From the NCBI GenBank assembly GCA_012729595.1, contig JAAYCU010000283.1:4-64003 (forward strand): a stretch of DNA of 64,000 nucleotides, written 5' to 3'. Of the stretch, positions 18,389 to 26,579 are shown piece by piece (the first letter of the stretch is position 1; the number at the start of each line of letters is the position of its first letter). A program made the translations under genes and the position numbers. This DNA comes from Phycisphaerales bacterium (lineage in GTDB: Bacteria; Planctomycetota; Phycisphaerae; UBA1845; PWPN01). The notes under the pieces are model-generated. The model did no database searches. It was not told the DNA's origin and worked only from the letters and a program-made list of their open reading frames with translations.

Positions 18389-19330
18389 TCACCGGGCAGC
18401 TTCATTTCGTACCCGGTCGATGTCCGCCGCTGTACTCACGTTCCATACGGGCGTGGCCCGCGAAATTTTCCTGACCATCCCGGTCAAAATCCGACCGGGG
18501 CCGATCTCGATAAACCGATCCACCCCGGCGGCGATCAGCGTTTCGATCGACTGCTGCCAGCGCACCGGGCAGGTCAACTGGTCAGTGAGCCAACCGCGGA
18601 TCGACTCGGCCTCGCCATGATACCGGCAATTCACGTTGGCGACGACGGGAATCGACGGCGTTTGGAACGGCGTGGCCTTGAGCATTTCCGCCAGCCCGTC
18701 GGCGGCCGAACGCATCGCCTCGGAGTGGAAAGCCCCGGCGACTTTCAGGGGAATCGCCCGTCCACCGGCCTGCTCGATCAAACCGACCGCGGCCTCGCAG
18801 GCCGCTCGTTCGCCAGAAAGCACGATCTGCCCCGGACAATTGAAGTTCGCCGGGGTCAACCGACCCGCGGCCGCCGCTTCGCGGCATACGGACTCGGCCT
18901 GCTCGGGCGAAAGCCCCAAGGCCGTGACCATGCCGCCGGGAACCTCCCGGGCCGCGGCCTGCATCAGTTCGCCCCGCCGTCGCACCAGCCGCAAGGCGTC
19001 TTCGAAGCTCACGCTACCGGCCGCATAAAGCGCGGTATACTCGCCGAGGCTAAGGCCGGCCATCGCCATGATCGGCTCGTTCAGGTCGGCCCCGTCATGC
19101 AGAGCCCGCCAGATGGCCGCGCTGGTGGTCAAAATCGCCGGTTGCTGAATATCCGTCTGTTCCAGTCGCTCCGCCGGCCCCTCGAAACAAAGCTTACGTA
19201 AATCGTAGCCGACCACCGCATTGGCCTGCTCGAAAAGGGCGGCCGCCTCGGCGGATGAGTCCACGATATCGCGTCCCATGCCCACCGCCTGGGCGCCTTG
19301 TCCAGTAAATAAAACGGCCGTACTGGCCAT
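18389..19330 (-). CDS. fabD: Malonyl-CoA:ACP transacylase
   Basis: FTGQGAQAVGMG, GLSLGEY, and AFHSEAM (fabD-type G/A-x-F-H-S context). The ATG at 19330 is preceded by GAGGGAG and lies downstream of the fabH stop. The ORF-track N-terminal extension overlaps fabH. Confidence 0.93.
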   Translation of the reverse strand: MASTAVLFTGQGAQAVGMGRDIVDSSAEAAALFEQANAVVGYDLRKLCFEGPAERLEQTDIQQPAILTTSAAIWRALHDGADLNEPIMAMAGLSLGEYTALYAAGSVSFEDALRLVRRRGELMQAAAREVPGGMVTALGLSPEQAESVCREAAAAGRLTPANFNCPGQIVLSGERAACEAAVGLIEQAGGRAIPLKVAGAFHSEAMRSAADGLAEMLKATPFQTPSIPVVANVNCRYHGEAESIRGWLTDQLTCPVRWQQSIETLIAAGVDRFIEIGPGRILTGMVRKISRATPVWNVSTAADIDRVRNEAAR

Positions 19331-19344
19331 AAGCTTAAACTCCC

Positions 19345-20337
19345 TCAGTACCTCAGCAGCGCTGAAGCCCAGGTATAGCCAGCACCAAAACCCGCCAGTA
19401 GAATCCAGTCGCCTTTCTTCACCCGCCCGGCCCGGAAGGCGTCGTCCAAGGCCAAGGGTATCGAGGCGGCCGAGGTGTTTCCACACCGGTCGATGTTCAC
19501 CGCCATCTTGGACATTGGAATCTTCAGCCGATTGCTTACCGATTCGATAATCCGCAAGTTGGATTGATGCGGTACAATCAGAGCCAGATCGTCCACGGTG
19601 AGTCCGGCCCTGGCTACGGTCTCGGCGACCACTTCCTGCATTTTAACGACAGCGAACTTATATACTTCGCGGCCGTTCATTTTTAGATAGTGCATCTTTT
19701 CGTTGATCGTGCGGGCTGATGGCCTTTCCAGCGAACCACCGGCCGGAATCCACAGCATCGGTGCTCCGGACCCCTCGCTGCCGAGTATAGACTCATACAG
19801 GCCGCTCTGGTCGTTATCTGCCTGGGAAAGCACCACCGCTCCCGCTCCGTCACCGAGCAGGACGCAAATTCCCCGGTCTTCGAAATCCGTGATGCTCGAC
19901 ATCGTTTCGGCGCCAACCACGAGGGCGTGCCGCAATGATCCCGCGCCCATGATGCCCGCCGCCGAAACCAGGCCGTAAACAAAGCCGCTACACGCGGCTG
20001 AAACGTCAAACGCTCCGATGTTCCGGCAGCCCAGTTCCTTCTGGAGATAACAGGCCGTTGCCGGGAGTGGTACGTAGGGCGTCGAGGTCGCCACGACGAT
20101 CAGGTCCAGGTCTGCCGCGGTCAGGCCGGCGTTATCCAGGGCTTTCCGCGCGGCCGCCGCGCCCAGGGTCAAGGTGTTTTCCCCTTCCCCTGCAATGTGC
20201 CGCTCGCGAATCCCTGATCGCGCGCGAATCCACTCGTCGGTGGTGTCCACCAGCTTTTCAAAATCAGCATTGGTCATCACCCGTTCGGGTAGGGCGCTGC
20301 CGATGCCCGCTATCATCAAGGGAACTCGTCTGGTCAT
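19345..20337 (-). CDS. fabH: 3-oxoacyl-ACP synthase III
   Basis: TNADFEKLVDTTDEWIRARSGIRERH, the active-site context ACSGF, and GFGAGYTW. Confidence 0.93.
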   Translation of the reverse strand: MTRRVPLMIAGIGSALPERVMTNADFEKLVDTTDEWIRARSGIRERHIAGEGENTLTLGAAAARKALDNAGLTAADLDLIVVATSTPYVPLPATACYLQKELGCRNIGAFDVSAACSGFVYGLVSAAGIMGAGSLRHALVVGAETMSSITDFEDRGICVLLGDGAGAVVLSQADNDQSGLYESILGSEGSGAPMLWIPAGGSLERPSARTINEKMHYLKMNGREVYKFAVVKMQEVVAETVARAGLTVDDLALIVPHQSNLRIIESVSNRLKIPMSKMAVNIDRCGNTSAASIPLALDDAFRAGRVKKGDWILLAGFGAGYTWASALLRY

Positions 20338-20349
20338 TTAATTCACTTA

Positions 20350-21363
20350 TTACACGGATAGTACTTGAGGACGGGGACCGCCCATCAGATCGGCGGATAT
20401 GATCGCATTCAGCTCGCGCTCGATATACTCCGCCGCCACCCGGACCGCATTTCGGATGGCCACATGATCGCTTCGTCCATGGCAGATGATACACACTCCA
20501 TCCACTCCCAGCAGAGGTGCACCACCGTATTCGGCATAATCATGATTTGCCCAGACCCTCTTGACCACCGGATCAAATTTGGCGGCCAGTTCCGGGGACG
20601 CCAGGGCGATTTCCTTGGCGATGGTTTTCATCAGCCCCTCGGAAAGCCCTTCGGCCAGCTTGAGCGTGATGTTGCCAACGAAACCGTCGCAAATCACCAC
20701 ATCGCAGCCGCCACGAAACAGGTCTCGGCCCTCTACGTTGCCGACAAAATTAATCGCTTCGCAGGCCAGCATCTGCTCATGGGCCTGCTTTACCAGGGTG
20801 GTACCCTTGGCATTCTCCTCGCCTACTGAAAGTAAACCGACTCGCGGCCGATCTACCTTGAGTATGTGTCGGGCGTAACCGCTGGCCATGATACCGTATT
20901 CCACCATGTGATACGGCTTGGGAGCCAGGTTGGCCCCCGCGTCGCACAAGGTGATCGGCCCGGTGAAGGACGGGATCACCACGGCGATACCCGGCCGGGA
21001 CACGCCTTTGAGCAGACGCATGCGCAGTTGGCTGACCACCGCGAACGCCCCGGTATTGCCCGCGCTGATTACCGCGTCGATTTCGTGGTCGCCGGCCATC
21101 TGGGCCGCCCGGCACATCGAGGCGTCTTTCTTCTGCTTGACCGCCTCCACCGGCACCTCGTTCATGCCGATGACCTGCGCCGTATGCACGATGGAGATCG
21201 ACCCGCTCGGAGAACCGAGACGGTCCAACTCAACGTTGATCGCGTCCTGATCGCCGAACAAGACCAGTTCCGCGCCGGGCAGTCGGGCCAACGCCTCGAC
21301 CGCCCCGCGCACGATCTCCTTGGGCGCGTAATCACCCCCCATCGCATCGATGCCGATTCGCAT
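20350..21363 (-). CDS. plsX: Phosphate acyltransferase
   Basis: MRIGIDAMGGDYAPKEIV. Length 337 aa. Sits in the conserved rpmF-plsX-fab context. Confidence 0.93.
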   Translation of the reverse strand: MRIGIDAMGGDYAPKEIVRGAVEALARLPGAELVLFGDQDAINVELDRLGSPSGSISIVHTAQVIGMNEVPVEAVKQKKDASMCRAAQMAGDHEIDAVISAGNTGAFAVVSQLRMRLLKGVSRPGIAVVIPSFTGPITLCDAGANLAPKPYHMVEYGIMASGYARHILKVDRPRVGLLSVGEENAKGTTLVKQAHEQMLACEAINFVGNVEGRDLFRGGCDVVICDGFVGNITLKLAEGLSEGLMKTIAKEIALASPELAAKFDPVVKRVWANHDYAEYGGAPLLGVDGVCIICHGRSDHVAIRNAVRVAAEYIERELNAIISADLMGGPRPQVLSV

Positions 21364-21368
21364 GGGGT

Positions 21369-21554
21369 TTACGACTCCTGCTCCTTCAAGGGCAAGGCTA
21401 CACTGCCGCTGACGTAACCACAGTTCTCACACGACGCGTGAGGCAGCTTGGCAATCCCACACTTGGGGCAAGCTACCAGATTAGGCCGTGTGAGCGCGTG
21501 GTGCGAGCGGCGTTTGTTCTTACGAGCTTTTGATGTCTTCGCAACCGGGACCAT
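21369..21554 (-). CDS. rpmF: 50S ribosomal protein L32
   Basis: 61 aa. AKTSKARKNKRRSHHALT...CPKCG...HASCENCG. Confidence 0.9.
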   Translation of the reverse strand: MVPVAKTSKARKNKRRSHHALTRPNLVACPKCGIAKLPHASCENCGYVSGSVALPLKEQES

Positions 21555-22108
21555 GTTCGATCCTAAAAAAACAGAAAAAAACCTCGGGTGTCAAGGGCCT
21601 TCGCCCATCCACACGAACGTAAAGACATACCAAAGAGAGGCTTGCACCATCGGCCATCTGTCAGGTGGCCGCGGATGCAAGCCCCTCTGCATAGACCCAG
21701 TAGGCTACCAATCCATGCATATCCTGTCAAGATTGAATGTAGCCGGCATTGTGTGATTTGGGAAACTTTCGAGGAGTCCTTGGTTGTTAAAGGGGGGTAT
21801 AGTTGCATAAGTATTGTATATAAAGATAGATGCGGCTGTTAGGGTGTTTTTAGGGAGGATGAATGGCCTGCGTTATCAGTGTAAAATAATAGGCTGGTCT
21901 TATGGTTCCGGAAACTCCATATGCGTCACGTATACGCATCCAAGCCAACGTTTTCTGACGGTTTGCGGCGTGTTTCGCATCATTAAGGTCCGTTCGATGG
22001 TAAGCAATCATCACTATCGGTATCCCATGGTGGGAGGCGACCAGGGCACAGCGTACGGTGGAAAGGATATGCGTGCCGGTATTTCGCCAAACTCTCGCAT
22101 GCGAATAG

Positions 22109-22137
22109 CTGACCACTTATGATCTTTGTGCTACAAT
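22109..22137 (+). promoter_or_regulatory. Candidate extended -10 promoter for the 22157 CDS
   Basis: CTGACC (22109-22114), a 17-nt spacer, then TG-c-TACAAT (22129-22137), followed by AAGGAG and the ATG at 22157. Confidence 0.3.
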
Positions 22138-22156
22138 CGATCCGAAGGAGAAGTCT

Positions 22157-22603
22157 ATGCCTGATGCACGTCTGGGACCGCCGGCACCGGTGGTTTTGGC
22201 CATGATTCTATGCGATGCGATTTACCAGGATCCGGCGACGCACAAGTGCACGATTCTCGGCACGTTTTCCACGATCAACGCCAGAAAGTTTCCGGTGGTC
22301 CATCGCCAGTTGGCGATTCATGTGGCCATGACCAACGGACATGGTAAGACGCGCATACGTCTGAGTCTGGTGGGTAACGATGATAATAAGCCGCCACTTT
22401 TTTCCAGGGAGGCCGCTCTTGATTTTCGTGATCCTCGGATGGTGGCGGAACTAAATTTTGTCCTGACAAATCTGACTTTCGAGGCTCCCGGAGAATATCG
22501 CATTCAGTTATTGGCCAACGATGAATTGCTCATGGAGCGACGACTCTATGTAATGAATATCGTTGTCGGCCCCAGCCCTGCCGAGCCCACTCAGGAATTG
22601 TGA
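22157..22603 (+). CDS. Hypothetical small protein (148 aa)
   Basis: Good RBS (AAGGAG) and coding-like composition. Predicted beta-rich. No family recognised confidently. Confidence 0.6.
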   Translation: MPDARLGPPAPVVLAMILCDAIYQDPATHKCTILGTFSTINARKFPVVHRQLAIHVAMTNGHGKTRIRLSLVGNDDNKPPLFSREAALDFRDPRMVAELNFVLTNLTFEAPGEYRIQLLANDELLMERRLYVMNIVVGPSPAEPTQEL

Positions 22604-22901
22604 CCATTCGCAATATTATTCATTCTTAACCGATTGTTCGTCTAAGGTTTGGGTATGGGGGCCTGTGGCTCATCTTCTTCCTATTCTTCCACGCATGCGA
22701 AATCGAGTGGGAAATCTTTTTTCTTCATTCACAGATCTCACAGGTAATGCGTCGGGCGCATGAAATGCGCCATGTGTAAAAAAGTCCTGTTTTATTCGGT
22801 TTTTTCGTCATCAGGCATACCCTTCTCTGGGATTATCAATGACATCTGAAGGGTCCGATAAAAATTTCGTGCGGAATGGAGTATTTCTTGAAAGAATACA
22901 C

Positions 22902-22956
22902 TTGATATGAGTGGGATAATGTGGTATATAATCCCATGTAAGGCCCTATTGTGGGA
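22902..22956 (+). promoter_or_regulatory. mraZ promoter with phased GTGGG (MraZ-box-like) repeats
   Basis: TTGATA (22902-22907), a 17-nt spacer, then TATATA/TATAAT (22925-22932). GTGGGA at 22911, GTGGTA at 22921 and GTGGGA at 22951 are all in 10-bp register. An inverted TCCCAT sits at 22932-22937. Confidence 0.45.
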
Positions 22957-22994
22957 TGAGACAATTCGGAAACTGACTTCGGGCATAGAGGTTC

Positions 22995-23471
22995 ATGCTG
23001 TATACAGGTACTTACGATCTGGCAATCGATCCCAAGAACCGGTTGTCGATACCTGCGGGCATACGCTCGGATATGGATGCGGAAAAGGACGGTAGCCGTT
23101 TTTATCTGGTCCCGGGCAAGCGGAGAGGCACTTTAAGTTTCTACGCCGACAAATATTTCGAACGTTACGCTGAGCAATATCACTGTTCTCTACAAGAAGG
23201 GGAGGAGAAAGAGGATTTCGAGGCGGTTTTTTATTCAATGGCCACCGTGTTGGACATTGACCGACAGGGGCGGGTGGTTTTACCCCAGCGTGCCTTGGAT
23301 CATGTCGGGCTTGGCAAACGCGTGACCATGAGTGGAGCCCGGGACCATCTGGTCTTATGGAACCGGGAAGATTACGCCTCGTTCATGGAACGCAACTGGA
23401 GTCGCTACCCCGACCTGCTACGCCAAGCGCAGTTGCGTACGGAAATAGCCAAAGGGAACGGTGATCACTGA
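22995..23471 (+). CDS. mraZ: Transcriptional regulator MraZ
   Basis: Two MraZ/AbrB-like repeats with DPKNRLSIP and DRQGRVVLP. Length 158 aa. First gene of the dcw cluster. Confidence 0.9.
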   Translation: MLYTGTYDLAIDPKNRLSIPAGIRSDMDAEKDGSRFYLVPGKRRGTLSFYADKYFERYAEQYHCSLQEGEEKEDFEAVFYSMATVLDIDRQGRVVLPQRALDHVGLGKRVTMSGARDHLVLWNREDYASFMERNWSRYPDLLRQAQLRTEIAKGNGDH

Positions 23472-23960
23472 TTAACTTTTCCGGCACTTATGGAAGTGCG
23501 GAATTATAGGGTTTGTCATCTGAATAAAGGGCCAAGAGACACTCTACGTTTTTATTCAGGAGAAACAGCGGACACAATCGGTCGGTTCCGGTGTGTCGTA
23601 GCGAGTGGAAACAGTAGGGAGCAATGACGAAAATCCTCATCGGTCGCTGATGTGGCAGGTCGATGAGGTTGATAGAGCCTGAGGCGAATTCAGCGCAAGA
23701 AGCGAAAGGAGTCGCCGGGCTGATCACCTTCTGGTGATCTTGAGGTACAGGTTGCGAGTTGTCGGCAGCAAGCCGACGGTACGTTCTCCACGACTCAGGC
23801 AGCCGACGCACGATTCGACGGCGTGGTCGAATCGCCAGTGGGGCTGACAGAAGCAAGTGCATCGGCGGGAGAGGCGGCTTTCACCTGCCGTTGCGGTTGT
23901 CGAGGAGCATCGTATATTATTATATCGTAGCCTTGTTCTTATTAAAAAGCCAGGAGGGCC
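23472..23960 (+). ncRNA. Candidate structured RNA, leader or 3' UTR between mraZ and rsmH (family unknown)
   Basis: No credible ORF on either strand. Nested helices:
- 23520-28 / 23551-59
- 23635-42 / 23661-68
- 23677-83 / 23794-800, which encloses 23712-18 / 23723-29 and 23761-66 / 23772-77
- 23811-19 / 23826-34
The region ends at the terminator at 23961. Confidence 0.3.
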
Positions 23961-24003
23961 GGGGCTTACGTCGGCAGGGAGGCTGGACGAGCCCCTTTTT
24001 TTT
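23961..24003 (+). terminator. Rho-independent terminator between mraZ and rsmH
   Basis: GGGGCT-ua-CGTC-gg-CAG-ggagg-CTG-GACG-AGCCCC followed by eight T (23996-24003). Confidence 0.75.
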
Positions 24004-24117
24004 GCCGGGAACATTCCGGCATAGGTGCGTATAATATCATTATGCGACTGTGTTTAGGTTTAATGCGTAAGCCGTCCACTGGGGGATGGCAAACTGTTTG
24101 GCCGCTTGTGAACCGAG

Positions 24118-25053
24118 TTGAATGTGCAGCGCGACGGGATTGAGCATGAGCCCGTATTGTGCGGGCCGGTATTATCATTGCTGGATCCCCGGCCGGGGGA
24201 GACCGTGGTGGATGCCACGCTCGGGCATGGTGGACATGCCCGACTGATGGCTGAGGCCATTGGTCCGACCGGTCGCCTTATCGGCTTTGATGTGGATGAA
24301 CAAAATATCGAGCGGGCTCGTCGGCGTTTGGAACACATGGTGCCGCCTGATCGGCGCCCCTCGATCAGTCTCTTGCGGGCCAATTTTCACGAATTGAACG
24401 AGCAACTTGATCTGCTGGGCGTTGCTCAGGTGGATGTTGTTCTGGCAGACCTGGGGCCCAGTACGGACCAGCTCCTGGATACGGAACTGGGTTTGAGTTT
24501 CAGCGCGGACGGCCCTTTGGATATGCGTCTGGATAGTCGCTTGAGTACCACCGCCGCCGACCTGGTCAACGCCATGGGTGAAAACGATTTAGCCGATTTG
24601 TTCTATAACCTCAGCCAGGAGCGTTTCAGCCGAAGGATTGCTCGACGGATCTGCAAGGTTCGGCATGAAGGGCGAATCTGGCGTACATCGGAATTGGTAC
24701 GGATTATTTGCTCGGCCGTGGGCGAACCCGCGCACAGCCGAGCGGGGCGTATTCACCCGGCCACGCGCGTATTTCTGGCGCTGCGGATGGCGGTGAATCA
24801 CGAGGTGGAAAACCTGCAGTCTCTCTTGGGGTTATTGCCGGATCGGCTGCGATCCGGTGGCCGAGCGGGGATCATCAGTTTCCATAGCGGCGAGGATCGT
24901 CTGGTTAAACAGGATTTTCTGGCCCGCAAGGCTAGTGGGCTTTATGAGATTCGGACGAAAAAGCCGATGACACCATCAAGAGAAGAATGCGCGAGTAATC
25001 CTCGATCCCGCAGCGCCAAGCTGCGGGTGGCGGCGCGGTTGCCGGCGGGCTAA
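24118..25053 (+). CDS. rsmH: 16S rRNA (cytosine1402-N4)-methyltransferase
   Basis: HEPVL...VVDATLGHGGHA, ISFHSGEDR, and a C-terminal NPRSRSAKLR. The start is the TTG at 24118 or the GTG at 24124. Confidence 0.92.
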   Translation: MNVQRDGIEHEPVLCGPVLSLLDPRPGETVVDATLGHGGHARLMAEAIGPTGRLIGFDVDEQNIERARRRLEHMVPPDRRPSISLLRANFHELNEQLDLLGVAQVDVVLADLGPSTDQLLDTELGLSFSADGPLDMRLDSRLSTTAADLVNAMGENDLADLFYNLSQERFSRRIARRICKVRHEGRIWRTSELVRIICSAVGEPAHSRAGRIHPATRVFLALRMAVNHEVENLQSLLGLLPDRLRSGGRAGIISFHSGEDRLVKQDFLARKASGLYEIRTKKPMTPSREECASNPRSRSAKLRVAARLPAG

Positions 25054-25181
25054 GCAGTTTATTTTTAGAAAAGTGCCGGCGAGAACAAATATGTGATTGT
25101 TCAACGGATGGCGTTGAATACAATAGGCCCTGTCGACCGTCCCGGAATACGGTCGCTTTGTACCTGAACACGGAGGTTGCA

Positions 25182-26300
25182 ATGACCCGCGAAACTAAGA
25201 TCGGTTTGCTGGTCGGGTTGGGTTTTATTGTCGTATTTGCGGTACTTCTGTCGAACAATAATCCAGCGCCACCCTCTGAAAAAAGCCTGGTCAATCTGGC
25301 GCAAAGAACCGCCTCGGAGACACTTCCGCTAGGCCAGGGCACCGTGGAGCTGGAGAACACCTTTGCCCGAGGCCGGGCGGAAGCGACCATCAACGATGTA
25401 TCTGGAACGTTGTCTTCCAGGTCGGCCGAGGTCGTCGATCAGTTGGTTTCGGCTTATGAGCTGGATGATATCATTCGTTTGCCGGTTGTAGACCTGCTCG
25501 AGCAGCCGACCACAGTGGTTCGCAATACGACCTTGGAGGCCGTGACCGGCTCGCTGCTGGAAGAACCCGCTTTGCCGACAGTGGTCGATGCGCGGGTCCG
25601 CATGGCTCCGCCGATCCCCTTGTCCGAAAGAACGATCCCGGATCCACAGCCGACCGAGCGGGAGCCCCAACCGCGTAAAAGCCCCGATCTGACGCCCGAG
25701 ACGGAAGGGCCAAGCGGCACGGCGTCCTTGAAGGAGTACGTGGTACAGCGGGGCGATACCCTATGGAAGATCGCCAAGGGGGAATACAACAGCTCCAAGA
25801 CCGCTGTGGTTGAACATATCGTGCAGGCCAATGCCTCCATCATCAAGGACAAGAATACTCTGGTAGTAGGGCAGAAGATCGTGCTGCCTCAGTTGCCTTC
25901 GGACCTTTTCGAGCCGGTGGTCAGCGTGAACGTGTCGGGATCCGGCGACCGTCTGGTTCGGATGGACGACTTGTTGCATGGCACGAGTTCGGGCAGTGAG
26001 CGCCGGGCTCCCCTGGATTATAAACTGGTCGAGACGGACGGAACCAAGGCCCGAACCGACACCGGTGCGGTGGTGGCGGACAACTCCGTTAAGCCGGCTT
26101 ACCAGGAATACGTGATTCAGCCGCGGGATACTTTCACCAATATCGCCGAACGGCAACTGGGCTCCGGTAAATACTGGACAGAAATCAAAAAGCTTAATCC
26201 GAACGTAGACCCGACCCGGATGGTGCCGGGGACGAAGATCAAGCTCCCCAGCAAACGATCTTTATCCCAGACCAGTGATGTACAGAGAGCATCGGCATGA
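25182..26300 (+). CDS. Bitopic membrane protein with two C-terminal LysM domains
   Basis: The ATG at 25182 follows GGAGG (25172-25176). TM segment IGLLVGLGFIVVFAVLL, then a long P/E/T-rich linker. LysM motifs YVVQRGDTLWKIAKGEY and YVIQPRDTFTNIAERQLG...KLNPNV. Its stop overlaps the ftsL start (ATGA, 26297-26300). Confidence 0.8.
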   Translation: MTRETKIGLLVGLGFIVVFAVLLSNNNPAPPSEKSLVNLAQRTASETLPLGQGTVELENTFARGRAEATINDVSGTLSSRSAEVVDQLVSAYELDDIIRLPVVDLLEQPTTVVRNTTLEAVTGSLLEEPALPTVVDARVRMAPPIPLSERTIPDPQPTEREPQPRKSPDLTPETEGPSGTASLKEYVVQRGDTLWKIAKGEYNSSKTAVVEHIVQANASIIKDKNTLVVGQKIVLPQLPSDLFEPVVSVNVSGSGDRLVRMDDLLHGTSSGSERRAPLDYKLVETDGTKARTDTGAVVADNSVKPAYQEYVIQPRDTFTNIAERQLGSGKYWTEIKKLNPNVDPTRMVPGTKIKLPSKRSLSQTSDVQRASA

Positions 26301-26569
26301 CCATGCCACGAATTGTGGGCGTGTTGTCGGCATTGGCGAGCATAGGTATCGCCGTGGTCGTCTTGCGGGCGGACCAGGCCAGACATGCTCGCCAGATCCA
26401 GAAGCTGCATATTGAGCAGCAACAAATGCACCAACGCATCTGGGAGCAGGAAATGGAGATGGCCCGTCTGCGCAGCCCGCGGATGATTCGTGAGCGTGCG
26501 GAGCGTCTGGGTCTGGCCGACGGAAAAAATCTTCCCAATCTGGCTCCGCCGCCGTCGGTCGACGATTAA
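26297..26569 (+). CDS. ftsL: Cell division protein FtsL-like (TM plus coiled coil)
   Basis: 90 aa. TM segment IVGVLSALASIGIAVVVL followed by a heptad-like QKLHIEQQQMHQRIWEQEMEMARL. Sits directly upstream of ftsI. Confidence 0.55.
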   Translation: MTMPRIVGVLSALASIGIAVVVLRADQARHARQIQKLHIEQQQMHQRIWEQEMEMARLRSPRMIRERAERLGLADGKNLPNLAPPPSVDD

Positions 26570-26579
26570 GGAGGGTTTC

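Noticed and set aside
21563-22122. Short ORFs (81-102 aa, both strands) upstream of rpmF that might be the missing yceD/DUF177
   Set aside because: They show no DUF177 features such as CxxC pairs or an acidic region. Their composition is atypical, they overlap one another, and they lack RBSs.
23811-23848. tmRNA-like strings GATTCGACGG and GGGGCTGA, suggesting an ssrA gene (possibly permuted)
   Set aside because: GATTCGAC is simply one arm of a perfect 9-bp hairpin (CGATTCGAC/GTCGAATCG). The two strings are in the wrong order for a standard tmRNA. No T-arm with a matching acceptor strand, no CCA-proximal CAGCCCC acceptor pairing and no tag reading frame could be found.
23488-24034. ORFs of 124 aa (-), 96 aa (-) and 91 aa (+) inside the mraZ-rsmH spacer
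   Set aside because: The translations are Arg/Ser/Cys-rich and not protein-like. There is no RBS, they overlap the hairpins and terminator, and they show no family resemblance.
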